Source: an uncultured Bacteroidales bacterium (GTDB lineage: Bacteria; Bacteroidota; Bacteroidia; Bacteroidales; Bacteroidaceae). From it: a DNA stretch of 64,000 nt. Shown here in pieces: positions 10,885 through 20,487 of this stretch (its first letter is position 1; each line of letters starts with the position of its first letter). The notes under the pieces were generated by a model that was given only the letters and a program-made list of their open reading frames with translations, was not told where the DNA came from and did no database searches. Both the position numbers and the translations under genes were made by a program. The stretch lies in contig CACYHN010000010.1 in assembly GCA_902774275.1 (NCBI GenBank), positions 7,074 to 71,073 on the forward strand. Reading direction: 5' to 3'.

Positions 10885-13527
10885 ATGAAACGTTTACTGC
10901 CGATTATTGCCGCATTATGTGCGTTGGTTTCCTGTGTCAATAAGTCAGATCAGGGAAAGCTTGAGATCAATGAAAAGGGTTATTTCGAGACCCAAGGTGT
11001 CAATGTCCTTGTTTACTCAAACAGATATCAGGGCGTATTCTGTGATGAGAAGACCGCTGGAATAGAAATAATTCAGCGTGGCGTACGTATTGCTACCGGT
11101 GGTGGCGTGCGTCTGATGAACACTCCTGAGCAGTGGGATATATATTCAACCCTTACGGAGCGTACCATAGACACTCTGGGCGGAGTGATAAACTGCCGTT
11201 TCAATTATCAGGATTACAGTTTCCAGTACGGACTTACCGTAAAGCAGGAGGGTAAGGGAGTACGCATTTCAGTGGAACTGGATGAACCGCTGCCTGCAAA
11301 TCTTGTAGGCAAGGCAGGTCTCAACATGGAGTTCTTCCCGGCCACATACTACGGCAAGACCTATCTTGTGGATGGCCAGTCAGAAATATTTCCCCGTTAT
11401 CCGTCAAGTGATACCGAGATGCATCCCAACTCTGAAAAGATCAACCAGTTCTGGGGGCTCTCCACTTTCGATGACCGTGGCCGTGATGAATTCATAGTAC
11501 CCAAACCTATTTCAAAGGGTCATACCATTGTGGTGGCTCCAGAGGATGAGTCTCTGCGTGTGCTGTTCCAGTCAGATGCAGAGCTGAATCTGTTTGACGG
11601 ACGTAACCTGTCACAGAACGGTACATATGTGGTACGTTCATATCTGCCCGCAGGCAAGACTGGAACGGTTCTGGAATGGTATGTGGAGCCAACTCCTGAT
11701 GCCAAGTGGATACGTGAGCCCAATGTGGGATTCTCACAGATAGGCTATACTCCTGCACAGAAGAAGGTGGCTGTGATAGAACTGGACCGTAATGACAAGG
11801 TGGCCTCAAAGGCTAAGATATACCGTGTTAATGCAGACGGCAGCAATACTCTGGTTCTGGAACCGGCTGTAAAGGAGTGGGGCGTATTCTATGACCGTTA
11901 CAACTATGCGCAGTGTGATTTCAGTGCGGTACGTGAGCCCGGCACCTATTATATAGAGTATAATGGCGTAAAGACCAATCCGTTCCCCATCAACAAGAAT
12001 GTCTATGAGGGAAAGTGGCACAACACCATGGATGTGTGGCTTCCTGTCCAGATGGACCATATGATGGTCAATGAGGCATATCGTGTATGGCACGGCCGTT
12101 CCCATATGGATGATGCCATCCAGGCACCTACCAATTATCAGCAGCATGACGGTTACCGTATGGGTAACTCAACCAATACCAAGTACAAGCCATATGAGCA
12201 TATACCCGGCCTGGCAGTAGGCGCGTGGTATGATGCAGGTGACTTTGACATACAGTCAGGAACGGTTATCGGCCTTACAAACCAGTTGGCTGAGGTTTGG
12301 GATATACTCAAGCCTGAACGTGACCAGACTTTCATTGACCAGAAGACCCAGTTCGTGGATATTCACCGTCCTGACGGTCTGCCTGATGTCATACAACAGG
12401 TGGAGCATGGCGCATTGAACCTGTGCGCCCAGATTGAGAACATCGGCTTTATAGCTGGTGGTATAGTACAAGGTAATATGCATCAGTATCATCATCTGGG
12501 TGATGCTGTGACCATTACTGACGGATATATATATGATCCCAGCCTCAAACCTTATGAGGTGCGTGGCAACCGTTCAGGTACACTCGATGACCGCTTTGCA
12601 TTTACCAATAATGCCGGTAACCCTATGGGTAACGCTAATGTGTGCGCCGCTCTTGCGCATGCTGCCCGTGTGCTTGCACCGTACATTCCTGAGACTGCTG
12701 AGCGTTGCAGGAAGAATGCTCTCAAGCTCTGGAAGGAGATGGATGACTATCAGGCTCGGATGGCCAACCGTCCTCAGCAGCAACAGCAGTCCAACGGCCA
12801 GCGTAACGGCCAGTGGGGTGGAGGCCGCGGTGGTGACCGCTCAGCAGCCGCAATACAGCTCTGGCTGCTTACCGGTGAGCAGAAGTACAAGGATATGTTC
12901 CTACCTGGCGTGATGCGCCAGATTGAGGCTGCCAAGAATGCTCCGCAGGGTGTTGAGGATAACCGTACAGGTGGTGGCAGCGCCATGCGTGCCCCGCGTG
13001 TGAACATTACCACAGCACTCTCATTGCTGCCCTATATGGATGATGATTTCAAGGCTCAGGTGCGTGAGGTTATCCCAGTATTCGTTGAGGATGCCAAGCG
13101 TACGGCCGAGTCAACTCCTTACGGTGTTCCTGTGGCAGGGGGTACCTGGGGCGGTAGCGAGCGGGTTATCAGCTGGGCTCAGAACAACTATATGGTATGG
13201 CGTTACTTCCCGGATCTGATTGACCCGGAACTGGTGCTGTCAGGTCTTAACTTCATATACGGCAACCATCCGTACTCAAACGTATCATTCGTGACTGCAG
13301 TGGGTGTCAATACCAAGAAGGTAGCATACGGCAACAACCGTGCAGACTATACATTCATTCCCGGAGGTATCGCTCCCGGATTGGTATTGCTCCAGCCGGA
13401 CTTCCTTGAGCACAAGGATGACTATCCGTTCCTGTGGGGTGAGAACGAGTGCTGCACACGTACCGTACCATCATATGTGACACTCTCCATAGGTGCTGAA
13501 GAGGTTGCCGCCGCTCTCAACAAATAA
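10885..13527 (+). CDS. Glycoside hydrolase family 9-like lipoprotein with an N-terminal Ig-like/beta-sandwich region
   Basis: 880 aa. The lipoprotein signal is LPIIAALCALVSC. The GH9-type catalytic region has GAWYDAGDFD (DAGD motif) and the C-terminal LWGENE segment. A Q/G/R-rich low-complexity insert (QQQQQSNGQRNGQWGGGRGGDR) sits near 12770-12840. Confidence 0.7.
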   Translation: MKRLLPIIAALCALVSCVNKSDQGKLEINEKGYFETQGVNVLVYSNRYQGVFCDEKTAGIEIIQRGVRIATGGGVRLMNTPEQWDIYSTLTERTIDTLGGVINCRFNYQDYSFQYGLTVKQEGKGVRISVELDEPLPANLVGKAGLNMEFFPATYYGKTYLVDGQSEIFPRYPSSDTEMHPNSEKINQFWGLSTFDDRGRDEFIVPKPISKGHTIVVAPEDESLRVLFQSDAELNLFDGRNLSQNGTYVVRSYLPAGKTGTVLEWYVEPTPDAKWIREPNVGFSQIGYTPAQKKVAVIELDRNDKVASKAKIYRVNADGSNTLVLEPAVKEWGVFYDRYNYAQCDFSAVREPGTYYIEYNGVKTNPFPINKNVYEGKWHNTMDVWLPVQMDHMMVNEAYRVWHGRSHMDDAIQAPTNYQQHDGYRMGNSTNTKYKPYEHIPGLAVGAWYDAGDFDIQSGTVIGLTNQLAEVWDILKPERDQTFIDQKTQFVDIHRPDGLPDVIQQVEHGALNLCAQIENIGFIAGGIVQGNMHQYHHLGDAVTITDGYIYDPSLKPYEVRGNRSGTLDDRFAFTNNAGNPMGNANVCAALAHAARVLAPYIPETAERCRKNALKLWKEMDDYQARMANRPQQQQQSNGQRNGQWGGGRGGDRSAAAIQLWLLTGEQKYKDMFLPGVMRQIEAAKNAPQGVEDNRTGGGSAMRAPRVNITTALSLLPYMDDDFKAQVREVIPVFVEDAKRTAESTPYGVPVAGGTWGGSERVISWAQNNYMVWRYFPDLIDPELVLSGLNFIYGNHPYSNVSFVTAVGVNTKKVAYGNNRADYTFIPGGIAPGLVLLQPDFLEHKDDYPFLWGENECCTRTVPSYVTLSIGAEEVAAALNK

Positions 13528-13581
13528 TGTTTTATTAATACTTGTTGATTCTTATTTGTAAGCCATTTCATATAATGAGCG

Positions 13582-13589
13582 TACTTTTG
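13582..13589 (+). promoter_or_regulatory. Candidate -7 promoter box (TACTTTTG) for the 13608-29018 operon
   Basis: tacttttg matches TAnnTTTG and lies 18 nt upstream of the ATG at 13608. A TTTG lies about 23 nt further upstream (tatttgtaag). Confidence 0.5.
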
Positions 13590-13607
13590 TGAAAAATACG
13601 ACACTGC

Positions 13608-14489
13608 ATGTCTATATCTATAAAAGGCTTAAGCCATTATTACCCTAACGGCAAGAGAGCGCTGACCGATATTAACCTGGAGATACCTTCAGGCATGTTC
13701 GGCCTTTTGGGACCGAACGGTGCCGGAAAATCCACTCTGATGCGTATTCTGGTTACGTTGATGGAACCCACGGAGGGGCAGATTGATGTGTGTGGATATG
13801 ATATACGCACGCAACGCAAGGAGGTGAGACGCATATTGGGTTATCTGCCACAGGATTTCCGTTTCTTTGCCAAGTACAAGGTGCGTGAATTCCTGGAGTA
13901 TGCTGCTGCACTTACGGGTATGACTAATTCTTCAGAGCGCGGCAAGGCTGTTGACGCCATGCTGGAGCAGGTGGGGCTTTATGAAGCACGTGACCGTTAT
14001 GCACAGAATCTGTCGGGTGGTATGAAGAGACGTCTGGGTATTGCACAGGCTCTCATACACAAGCCTCAGATCCTGGTGGTGGATGAGCCTACTACAGGAC
14101 TTGACCCGGAGGAGCGCATTAGGTTCCGTAACCTGCTTAGTGAGGCCAGCTCAAAGGACACCACGATAATCCTGTCAACACATATAGTAGGTGATATCTC
14201 AAGTTCATGTACGGAGATGGCCATGCTCAATCAGGGCCAGGTCATGTTCAGAGGGTCACCTGCCGGAATGCTCAAGGAGACTGAGGGTAAGGTTTGGCGC
14301 ATGCAGGTAACCAATGAGCAGTATGCTGAGATAAACCAGAAATACGCAGTGATTTCAACCATACCGCATGGTTTGGGATGGGATCTGCAGGTGGTGGCCA
14401 AGGAATCACCCGGTTATGGTGCAGTGAGTTATCCTCCAAATCTGGAGCATGCATATGTATATTTTACTGAAATCAGGGATAAGGAGTGA
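13608..14489 (+). CDS. ABC transporter ATP-binding protein (stand-alone NBD)
   Basis: 293 aa with Walker A GPNGAGKST, signature LSGGMKRR, Walker B ILVVDEPT and H-loop STHI. It is clearly paralogous to the C-terminal domain of the 23589-28286 ORF. Shared strings include SGMFGLLGPNGAGKST, ERIRFRNLL, KVW and PNLE.AY. Confidence 0.92.
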   Translation: MSISIKGLSHYYPNGKRALTDINLEIPSGMFGLLGPNGAGKSTLMRILVTLMEPTEGQIDVCGYDIRTQRKEVRRILGYLPQDFRFFAKYKVREFLEYAAALTGMTNSSERGKAVDAMLEQVGLYEARDRYAQNLSGGMKRRLGIAQALIHKPQILVVDEPTTGLDPEERIRFRNLLSEASSKDTTIILSTHIVGDISSSCTEMAMLNQGQVMFRGSPAGMLKETEGKVWRMQVTNEQYAEINQKYAVISTIPHGLGWDLQVVAKESPGYGAVSYPPNLEHAYVYFTEIRDKE

Positions 14490-17400
14490 TGATGCTTGGA
14501 TTATATAACATACGCATAGTCTCCAAGTACGAGACAAAACTGCTTGTACGTGGCTGGTTCTTCAAGGTGTTTGCCTTCCTGTCACTCCTTGCGGCGTTGA
14601 TTCTGGGTTCCATCTACATACTCACGCAGTTCCCGCAACCCCAGATGATCAACAGGTCGGTCATACCATACATGTTCATGCTTATCATGAATGTGGGGCA
14701 GGCCGTGGTGTCGGTTTTCCTGGCATCGGAGTATCTTAAACGTGACAAACAGCTTGATACATCAGAAGTATTCTACACCCGTCCTCTGAGTAATGCCGAG
14801 TATCTGCTTGGTAAGATGTGGGCTACACTCAAGGTGTTCTTCATACTTGATCTGATAGTAGCGGCAATAGCATTGGTAATGAGTCTTGTCAAGTACGGCT
14901 TTGCACTGGACTATCTGAGTTATATATGGTATTTCCTGCTGTTGTCAGTTCCTACCCTGGTGTTTATAGTAGGTCTGTCAACCACCTTGATGCTTATACT
15001 CAACAACCAGGCCATTACGATGGTTATCCTGCTTGCGTATATAGGCGTGACGCTGTTTTATATAGATAATCTGTACTATTATCTCTTTGATTACATAGGT
15101 TTCAATCTGCCTATGCTCAAGTCTATGATAACGGGCTTCAGCGGACTGGGCAGGCTGATAAATCACAGGTTGTGCTATCTGTTGCTTGGCATAGGGCTCA
15201 TACTTACGGATGTATCGCTGTTCCATCGTCTTGCCAACTCCCGCTACAGCCTGCTGCCGTGGCGCATAGCTGCGGTGCTGTTCCTTGCCGGAGGTCTTTA
15301 TGCCGGATACCGGCACGTACATCTTTACAAGGTGGATGAAAGATTCAGGGCCGATATGGTGGAGCTGAATAACAGGTTCGTAAATGTGGGCAGTGCTGTG
15401 GCCCAGTCATGTGAACTTACCGTAACCCAAAGCGGTGATTCTCTCAGTGTTAGAGCTGATATGACCGTCTCTCCCCGTCAGGATGACACACAGTTGGTGT
15501 TCACTCTCAATCCCGGTTTCAATATTACAAGCATAAGTGCTACCGGACATAAAGTCAGTTTTGAGAGGCTCATGCATCTTATTATCCTTAAATTTGAGGA
15601 TAACCTGCATGCCGATGAACCTGTAAAAATTGTCATGGAGTATAGCGGTAATGCCGATGAACGCATCTGTTATCTGGATATTCAGGCAGACAAGCTGATT
15701 GAGAACAGCAAGGTGCTTTCCATGCTTAACATAGGCAAGCGTTATCTGTTCCAGGACAAAGAGTTTACCATGCTTACGCCTGAGAGTTACTGGTATCCGC
15801 GTCCCGGTGTGGCATATAGTGACCAGAGTCCTGAATGGCAGATGTCATACTTTACTGATTTCAATATCAGCGTGACACCCAATCCCGGTCTGACACCTAT
15901 ATCACAGGGTATGTGCATGGTAAATGCCGACTCTACAACATACACATTCACGCCGGAGTCATCATTGCCGTCAGTATCGCTCATAATAGGAGATTACACC
16001 CCCAAGTCCATAACGGTTGACTCAACCGTCTATACCGTTTGGGAGCTTGGACACTGGAATGATATGTTTGAGACGTTTGATTCCATTCGTGACACGATAC
16101 CTATTGTGTTACGTGACATACGCCGTAATATGGAATTTTCAGCTGATATGGCTTATCCGTTCAAACGTTTCAATATAGTTGAGGTACCGGCACATTTCAC
16201 CTCATACAAGCGTGTGTGGACATCAGTTTATGAGAATCTGCAGCCGGAGATGGTACTGATTCATGAACGAGGCTATGACATGCGTCAATTCCAGTTTGAG
16301 AATATGAAGCGTATGTATGGATTCGGCGGACGTTTCAACCGCCGCAATACCGATATGTCCGAGAAGGAGATTCTCTATAATATCCTTTACAGCGCCATGT
16401 CATTCATGATGCAGTCCAACAGTTTCAGCGGCAGCAGCCGTAACGGACAGTTCAGCATGACACAGGTGGATAATCCTTACTATTACGGACCGCTGTTCTA
16501 CAATTTCAGATATAACATCTACTCATCCAATTGGCCTATGGCAAACCGTATGGTTGAGACTGTCACCAACTCTGCGGGATCGGGTACATCGGAATGGATG
16601 AGGAGAATGAACGGCCTGTCAGAGGATGAGAAGGCTCTGATACTGATGGGTAAGTACGGTTTTGACCGTATCATGTCAGACCCGGAGTGGGAGGACCTGG
16701 CTGATAATGCATTGGCACTCAAGACAAGGGATTTCTTTGCTCCGGTATCGGCTGTGATGGGTTATGAGACTATGGTTGACTCTATAACCGCTAGGAGCAG
16801 AGCTAAAGAGTTTACCAATTCATCATTTGATTCAATTCTGGACTGGGTGCAGAGCTACTCAGGTGTTGACCTGACAGATAAGATTGAGAGTTGGAACCAG
16901 CCGGCACGATTGGCATGCTTCAAGGTAGGTACTCCGCAGATTACAACTGTCACTACCGATACTGCTGATATTTATCAGGCTGAGATAGCGTTTGAGAATA
17001 TATCAGACAATCCGGGTTACGTAAATGTTGAGTTCGTATTCTATGAGATTGAGAATGCCGGTGATGAGGATAAACCCACAAGCATGACAGTTAGCGTAGG
17101 CGCACATGAGACACACAGGCTTGTGACCCACTGGTTCAACTCTCCCGGCTTAATAAGGGTAAACACTATGCTCTCATCAAACCTGCCGCATGATGTGACT
17201 CTTAACAGCGCAGACTGGAGTACATATACCGGCACGGAACTAATCCCTGAGGGTGTTTATGCCGTTCGCGGCGGAGTGGATAATGCGCTTCCGGGTGAGA
17301 TAATAGTTGATAATGAGGATAGTGAACTGTTCTCCCTTTCAAGACCGCTCAGAACCGGTTATCTGTCAAAATGGATAGACAAGTCCAGGGAGAAAAACAA

Positions 17401-17875
17401 TGAGTTCATTTATGAGGGTTTCTCTGACTGGCGTACATACAGCCAGTGGACACTGGTGATAAACCAGAACTTTTACGGTGATTATATACGCTCGGCATAT
17501 ATCATATCCCCGGGTGACGGCTCCCAGTATGCACGATGGAAAATTCCTTTGACTGCTGCAGGAGTCTATGACGTATATTACTACGCGTCTCCGGATATGT
17601 CTGACAACAATAATCGTAACCGTAGGTGGAACAACAATAATAACAATAACAACAATGGCCGCAGGGTTACCAATGACTATAACTTTGAGATAGGGCAGTT
17701 CAACTCAAGTGACCGTGTCTCAATGAACATGTGGCGTGCCGATGAGGGATGGAATCTTTTGGGTACGTTCCGTTTTGAGGCGGATACAGTGAAGGTTACG
17801 CTGAACAACAAATCAGGCGTAAACGTGATTGTGGCTGATGCCGTCAAGTTGGTTAAGAGAGAAAATTCCCGTTAA
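14489..17875 (+). CDS. Large membrane protein: N-terminal ABC-2-type permease-like module (about 7 TM) fused to an ~850-aa extracytoplasmic region (M1-aminopeptidase-like layout, no HExxH) and a C-terminal golvesin-C/CBM-like domain
   Basis: The ATG at 14489 overlaps the upstream TGA by 1 nt (GTG at 14486 is an alternative start). Multiple hydrophobic helices occupy residues ~20-280. The extracytoplasmic part contains no HExxH; the only H-E strings are IHERGY and AHETHR. The C-terminus (YARWKIPLTAAGVYDVYYY ... VIVADAVKLVK) resembles golvesin C-terminal-like domains. A poly-Asn insert lies at ~17603-17665. Confidence 0.6.
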   Translation: MMLGLYNIRIVSKYETKLLVRGWFFKVFAFLSLLAALILGSIYILTQFPQPQMINRSVIPYMFMLIMNVGQAVVSVFLASEYLKRDKQLDTSEVFYTRPLSNAEYLLGKMWATLKVFFILDLIVAAIALVMSLVKYGFALDYLSYIWYFLLLSVPTLVFIVGLSTTLMLILNNQAITMVILLAYIGVTLFYIDNLYYYLFDYIGFNLPMLKSMITGFSGLGRLINHRLCYLLLGIGLILTDVSLFHRLANSRYSLLPWRIAAVLFLAGGLYAGYRHVHLYKVDERFRADMVELNNRFVNVGSAVAQSCELTVTQSGDSLSVRADMTVSPRQDDTQLVFTLNPGFNITSISATGHKVSFERLMHLIILKFEDNLHADEPVKIVMEYSGNADERICYLDIQADKLIENSKVLSMLNIGKRYLFQDKEFTMLTPESYWYPRPGVAYSDQSPEWQMSYFTDFNISVTPNPGLTPISQGMCMVNADSTTYTFTPESSLPSVSLIIGDYTPKSITVDSTVYTVWELGHWNDMFETFDSIRDTIPIVLRDIRRNMEFSADMAYPFKRFNIVEVPAHFTSYKRVWTSVYENLQPEMVLIHERGYDMRQFQFENMKRMYGFGGRFNRRNTDMSEKEILYNILYSAMSFMMQSNSFSGSSRNGQFSMTQVDNPYYYGPLFYNFRYNIYSSNWPMANRMVETVTNSAGSGTSEWMRRMNGLSEDEKALILMGKYGFDRIMSDPEWEDLADNALALKTRDFFAPVSAVMGYETMVDSITARSRAKEFTNSSFDSILDWVQSYSGVDLTDKIESWNQPARLACFKVGTPQITTVTTDTADIYQAEIAFENISDNPGYVNVEFVFYEIENAGDEDKPTSMTVSVGAHETHRLVTHWFNSPGLIRVNTMLSSNLPHDVTLNSADWSTYTGTELIPEGVYAVRGGVDNALPGEIIVDNEDSELFSLSRPLRTGYLSKWIDKSREKNNEFIYEGFSDWRTYSQWTLVINQNFYGDYIRSAYIISPGDGSQYARWKIPLTAAGVYDVYYYASPDMSDNNNRNRRWNNNNNNNNNGRRVTNDYNFEIGQFNSSDRVSMNMWRADEGWNLLGTFRFEADTVKVTLNNKSGVNVIVADAVKLVKRENSR

Positions 17876-17895
17876 GCGAAATAACAGATAAGAAT

Positions 17896-19398
17896 ATGAT
17901 AAAAAGAGATTTTTTAAAGAAGGCAGTTCTTGTGCTTGCAGCCGCCTCGGCCATAGAGACCGGAGCGCAGGCGCAGATTGTCATGACCATGGAGCAGGCT
18001 CTTGAGTACAGTGCCCAGCATAATCCCGATCTGATTAACTCCCGTATGAGTATGGAGCGGTATGAGCAGAACCTGATAGCCCAGAAGGCATCACTCAAGT
18101 CCAGGTTCTCACTTAACCTGGAGCCTCTCTCTTACTCACAGTCCCGTCAGTTTGACAGCCGTTATTCAGACTGGTACACCAACCGCTCGCTGTCATCATC
18201 GGGAACATTCAGTATATCGCAACCCATTATCTGGACCGATGCTACGTTGTCACTCAACAACAGCCTGTCATGGCAGAACAATGAATCGTCAATAGGAGGT
18301 AATACTAACAGCAACCGTGCATTCAGTAACCGTCTTTACCTGAGTCTGACGCAGCCGATATTCACTTACAACAAGACTAAGATGAATATGCGCCAGATAG
18401 AGATGAATTATGAGAATGCCCGCATAAGTTATGCTTTGCAGATGCTGAATGTGGAGCGTAACATAACAAGTCAGTTCTACAGCCTGTTCGTATCACAGCA
18501 GAACCTTGCAATAAGTGAGTCGGAGCTGGAGAATGCAGAGAAGAACTTCAATATAATAAAGGATAAGGTTGATGCTGACCTTGTGACCAAGGATGAGTAC
18601 TATCAGGCAGAACTCAACCTGGCCCAGTCTCGTTCAAGCCTGGAGAACCAGAGGGTGAGCCTTGAGAATGCCAAGGATAATTTCAAACAGGCGCTTGGCA
18701 TACCTCTTGAGGAGGATATCATCGTGGTTTGCGATATCGAGGCTGATCCGGTATATGTGGATATCAACAAAGCTCTTGAGAGCGCCACTACCACCAGACT
18801 GGAACTGCGTCAGCGCCAGATATCGCGTGAGCAGCAGGAGATGTCTATGGTGCAGGTCAAGGATAATGACAGCTTTAGCGGAAATATCTCACTTTCATTG
18901 GGTATCATGGGTGATAGCGAGGATTTCAATCATGTTTATGACAATCCCACCAACAACCCGCGTATAGCTATCTCATTCAGTGTACCTATCTTTGACTGGG
19001 GCGCACGTAAGGCACGTATCAAGGCTGCTGAGATAGAACGCAAGATGTTTGAGCTTAGTGCCGAGGAGGAGCTTAAGAGCATAGAGATGAACGTACGCAG
19101 CACATGCCGTAGCCTGGATAACCTGCTGGGGCAGATATCCATAGCAGAGCAGAGCCAGAAGAACGCACAGCTTACCTATGACCTCAATGAGGAGCGTTAC
19201 CGTAACGGTGAGCTTACGGGTATGCAGATGAACCAGTTCCAGACTCAGCTTTCCAACAGCAAGATGTCATATACACAGGCTATCATAAACTACAAGGTTC
19301 AGCTTCTTAATCTCAAGATACTGACACTTTATGATTTTGAGAAGGATGAGCCGGTGGCTCCCATGACATATGAAAAGAGTAACGACAAAAAGAAATAA
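17896..19398 (+). CDS. TolC-family outer membrane efflux protein
   Basis: 500 aa with a signal peptide (AAASAIETGAQAQ) and two repeats of the OEP-type coiled/beta pattern. The N-terminal segment MEQALEYSAQHNPDL and repeated RYRNGE-like helices are typical. Confidence 0.85.
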   Translation: MIKRDFLKKAVLVLAAASAIETGAQAQIVMTMEQALEYSAQHNPDLINSRMSMERYEQNLIAQKASLKSRFSLNLEPLSYSQSRQFDSRYSDWYTNRSLSSSGTFSISQPIIWTDATLSLNNSLSWQNNESSIGGNTNSNRAFSNRLYLSLTQPIFTYNKTKMNMRQIEMNYENARISYALQMLNVERNITSQFYSLFVSQQNLAISESELENAEKNFNIIKDKVDADLVTKDEYYQAELNLAQSRSSLENQRVSLENAKDNFKQALGIPLEEDIIVVCDIEADPVYVDINKALESATTTRLELRQRQISREQQEMSMVQVKDNDSFSGNISLSLGIMGDSEDFNHVYDNPTNNPRIAISFSVPIFDWGARKARIKAAEIERKMFELSAEEELKSIEMNVRSTCRSLDNLLGQISIAEQSQKNAQLTYDLNEERYRNGELTGMQMNQFQTQLSNSKMSYTQAIINYKVQLLNLKILTLYDFEKDEPVAPMTYEKSNDKKK

Positions 19399-19403
19399 TA
19401 AAA

Positions 19404-20474
19404 ATGAAACAGCATATGAAATCAGGAATCAGCGTACTTACACTGACTGCACTTACACTCCTTATGGCAGGGTGCAGGCAAGAGAACACTATGAACCGTA
19501 ATGAGATACCCACACCGGTATCTGTATCTGACATTACCTATGGATCCGTAAGCAGGATCTTTACCACAAACAGCACGGCTGTGTCAAGTGCCGAGGCTGA
19601 ATTGTCAACTGAGATGGCCGGTAAGTATCATCTCCAGAACAACCCTGCCACCGGTAAGCCTTATAAACTGGGTGACAAGGTCAAGAAAGGCGCCTTGATA
19701 GTACGTATTGAGGATAAGTCATATGAGAACGGCATATCAATAGAGACCAAACGTCTGAACCTGGAGCTGGCTGAGCAGGAGCAGGTCAAGACAAAATCCT
19801 TGTATGACAAGGGGGGGGCCACACTTACTGAGGTCAAGAACTCGGATATCAAGATCATGAATTCACGTCTGGACTATGAGAATGCCCAGATGAATCTTGA
19901 GAAGATGAACATCCGTGCTCCGTTTGACGGCGTGATAGTGAATCTTCCGCATTACTCAAAGGAGGCCAAGGTTAACAGCGGTACATCAGTGGTGACCATC
20001 ATGGATTACAGCTCCATGCTGCTTGAGATCAATCTGCCTGAGAGTGCCATCAATGAGGTGAAAGTGGGCCAGAAGGCTTACATCACTCATTATACTCTGC
20101 CTAAGGACACTATCATGGGTGAGATTACTGAGCTTTCTCCGGCTATCAGCGCTGAGACCCGTACATTTAAAGGTAAGCTTATGATTGATAACAGCAAGCT
20201 GCTTATCAGGCCGGGTATGTTCGTAAAGGCCGATATCGTTACTGAGAGCCACAGCTCAACTATCGTGATACCCAAGAACATTGTACGTAACGAGCGTAAC
20301 AGACGTACCGTGTTTGTTGTTGACCAGGGTATAGCCGTTGCAAAGCAGGTAAGGCTGGGATTGGAAGAGAAGAACAGCGTAGAGGTTCTGAGCGGTCTTG
20401 ATAAGGACGATCAGCTGATTGTACGCGGTTTTGAGACCCTGAGAGACGGTTCAAAGGTTAAGATCCAAAGATAA
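19404..20474 (+). CDS. Efflux RND transporter periplasmic adaptor subunit (MFP/HlyD family), lipoprotein
   Basis: 356 aa with lipobox LLMAGC, a biotinyl-lipoyl-like segment (KGALIVRIED), a coiled-coil hairpin, beta-barrel and MP domains (IRAPFDGVIV, VVDQGIAVAKQVRLG). Confidence 0.88.
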   Translation: MKQHMKSGISVLTLTALTLLMAGCRQENTMNRNEIPTPVSVSDITYGSVSRIFTTNSTAVSSAEAELSTEMAGKYHLQNNPATGKPYKLGDKVKKGALIVRIEDKSYENGISIETKRLNLELAEQEQVKTKSLYDKGGATLTEVKNSDIKIMNSRLDYENAQMNLEKMNIRAPFDGVIVNLPHYSKEAKVNSGTSVVTIMDYSSMLLEINLPESAINEVKVGQKAYITHYTLPKDTIMGEITELSPAISAETRTFKGKLMIDNSKLLIRPGMFVKADIVTESHSSTIVIPKNIVRNERNRRTVFVVDQGIAVAKQVRLGLEEKNSVEVLSGLDKDDQLIVRGFETLRDGSKVKIQR

Positions 20475-20487
20475 CACAGAGAAAAGG

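Noticed and set aside
16000-16060. WELGHWND in the 14489 protein as a degenerate HExxH zinc site
   Set aside because: It lies N-terminal to the GAMEN-like position (SVYEN), the wrong order for M1 peptidases. It also lacks the first His and the downstream Glu ligand at the proper spacing.
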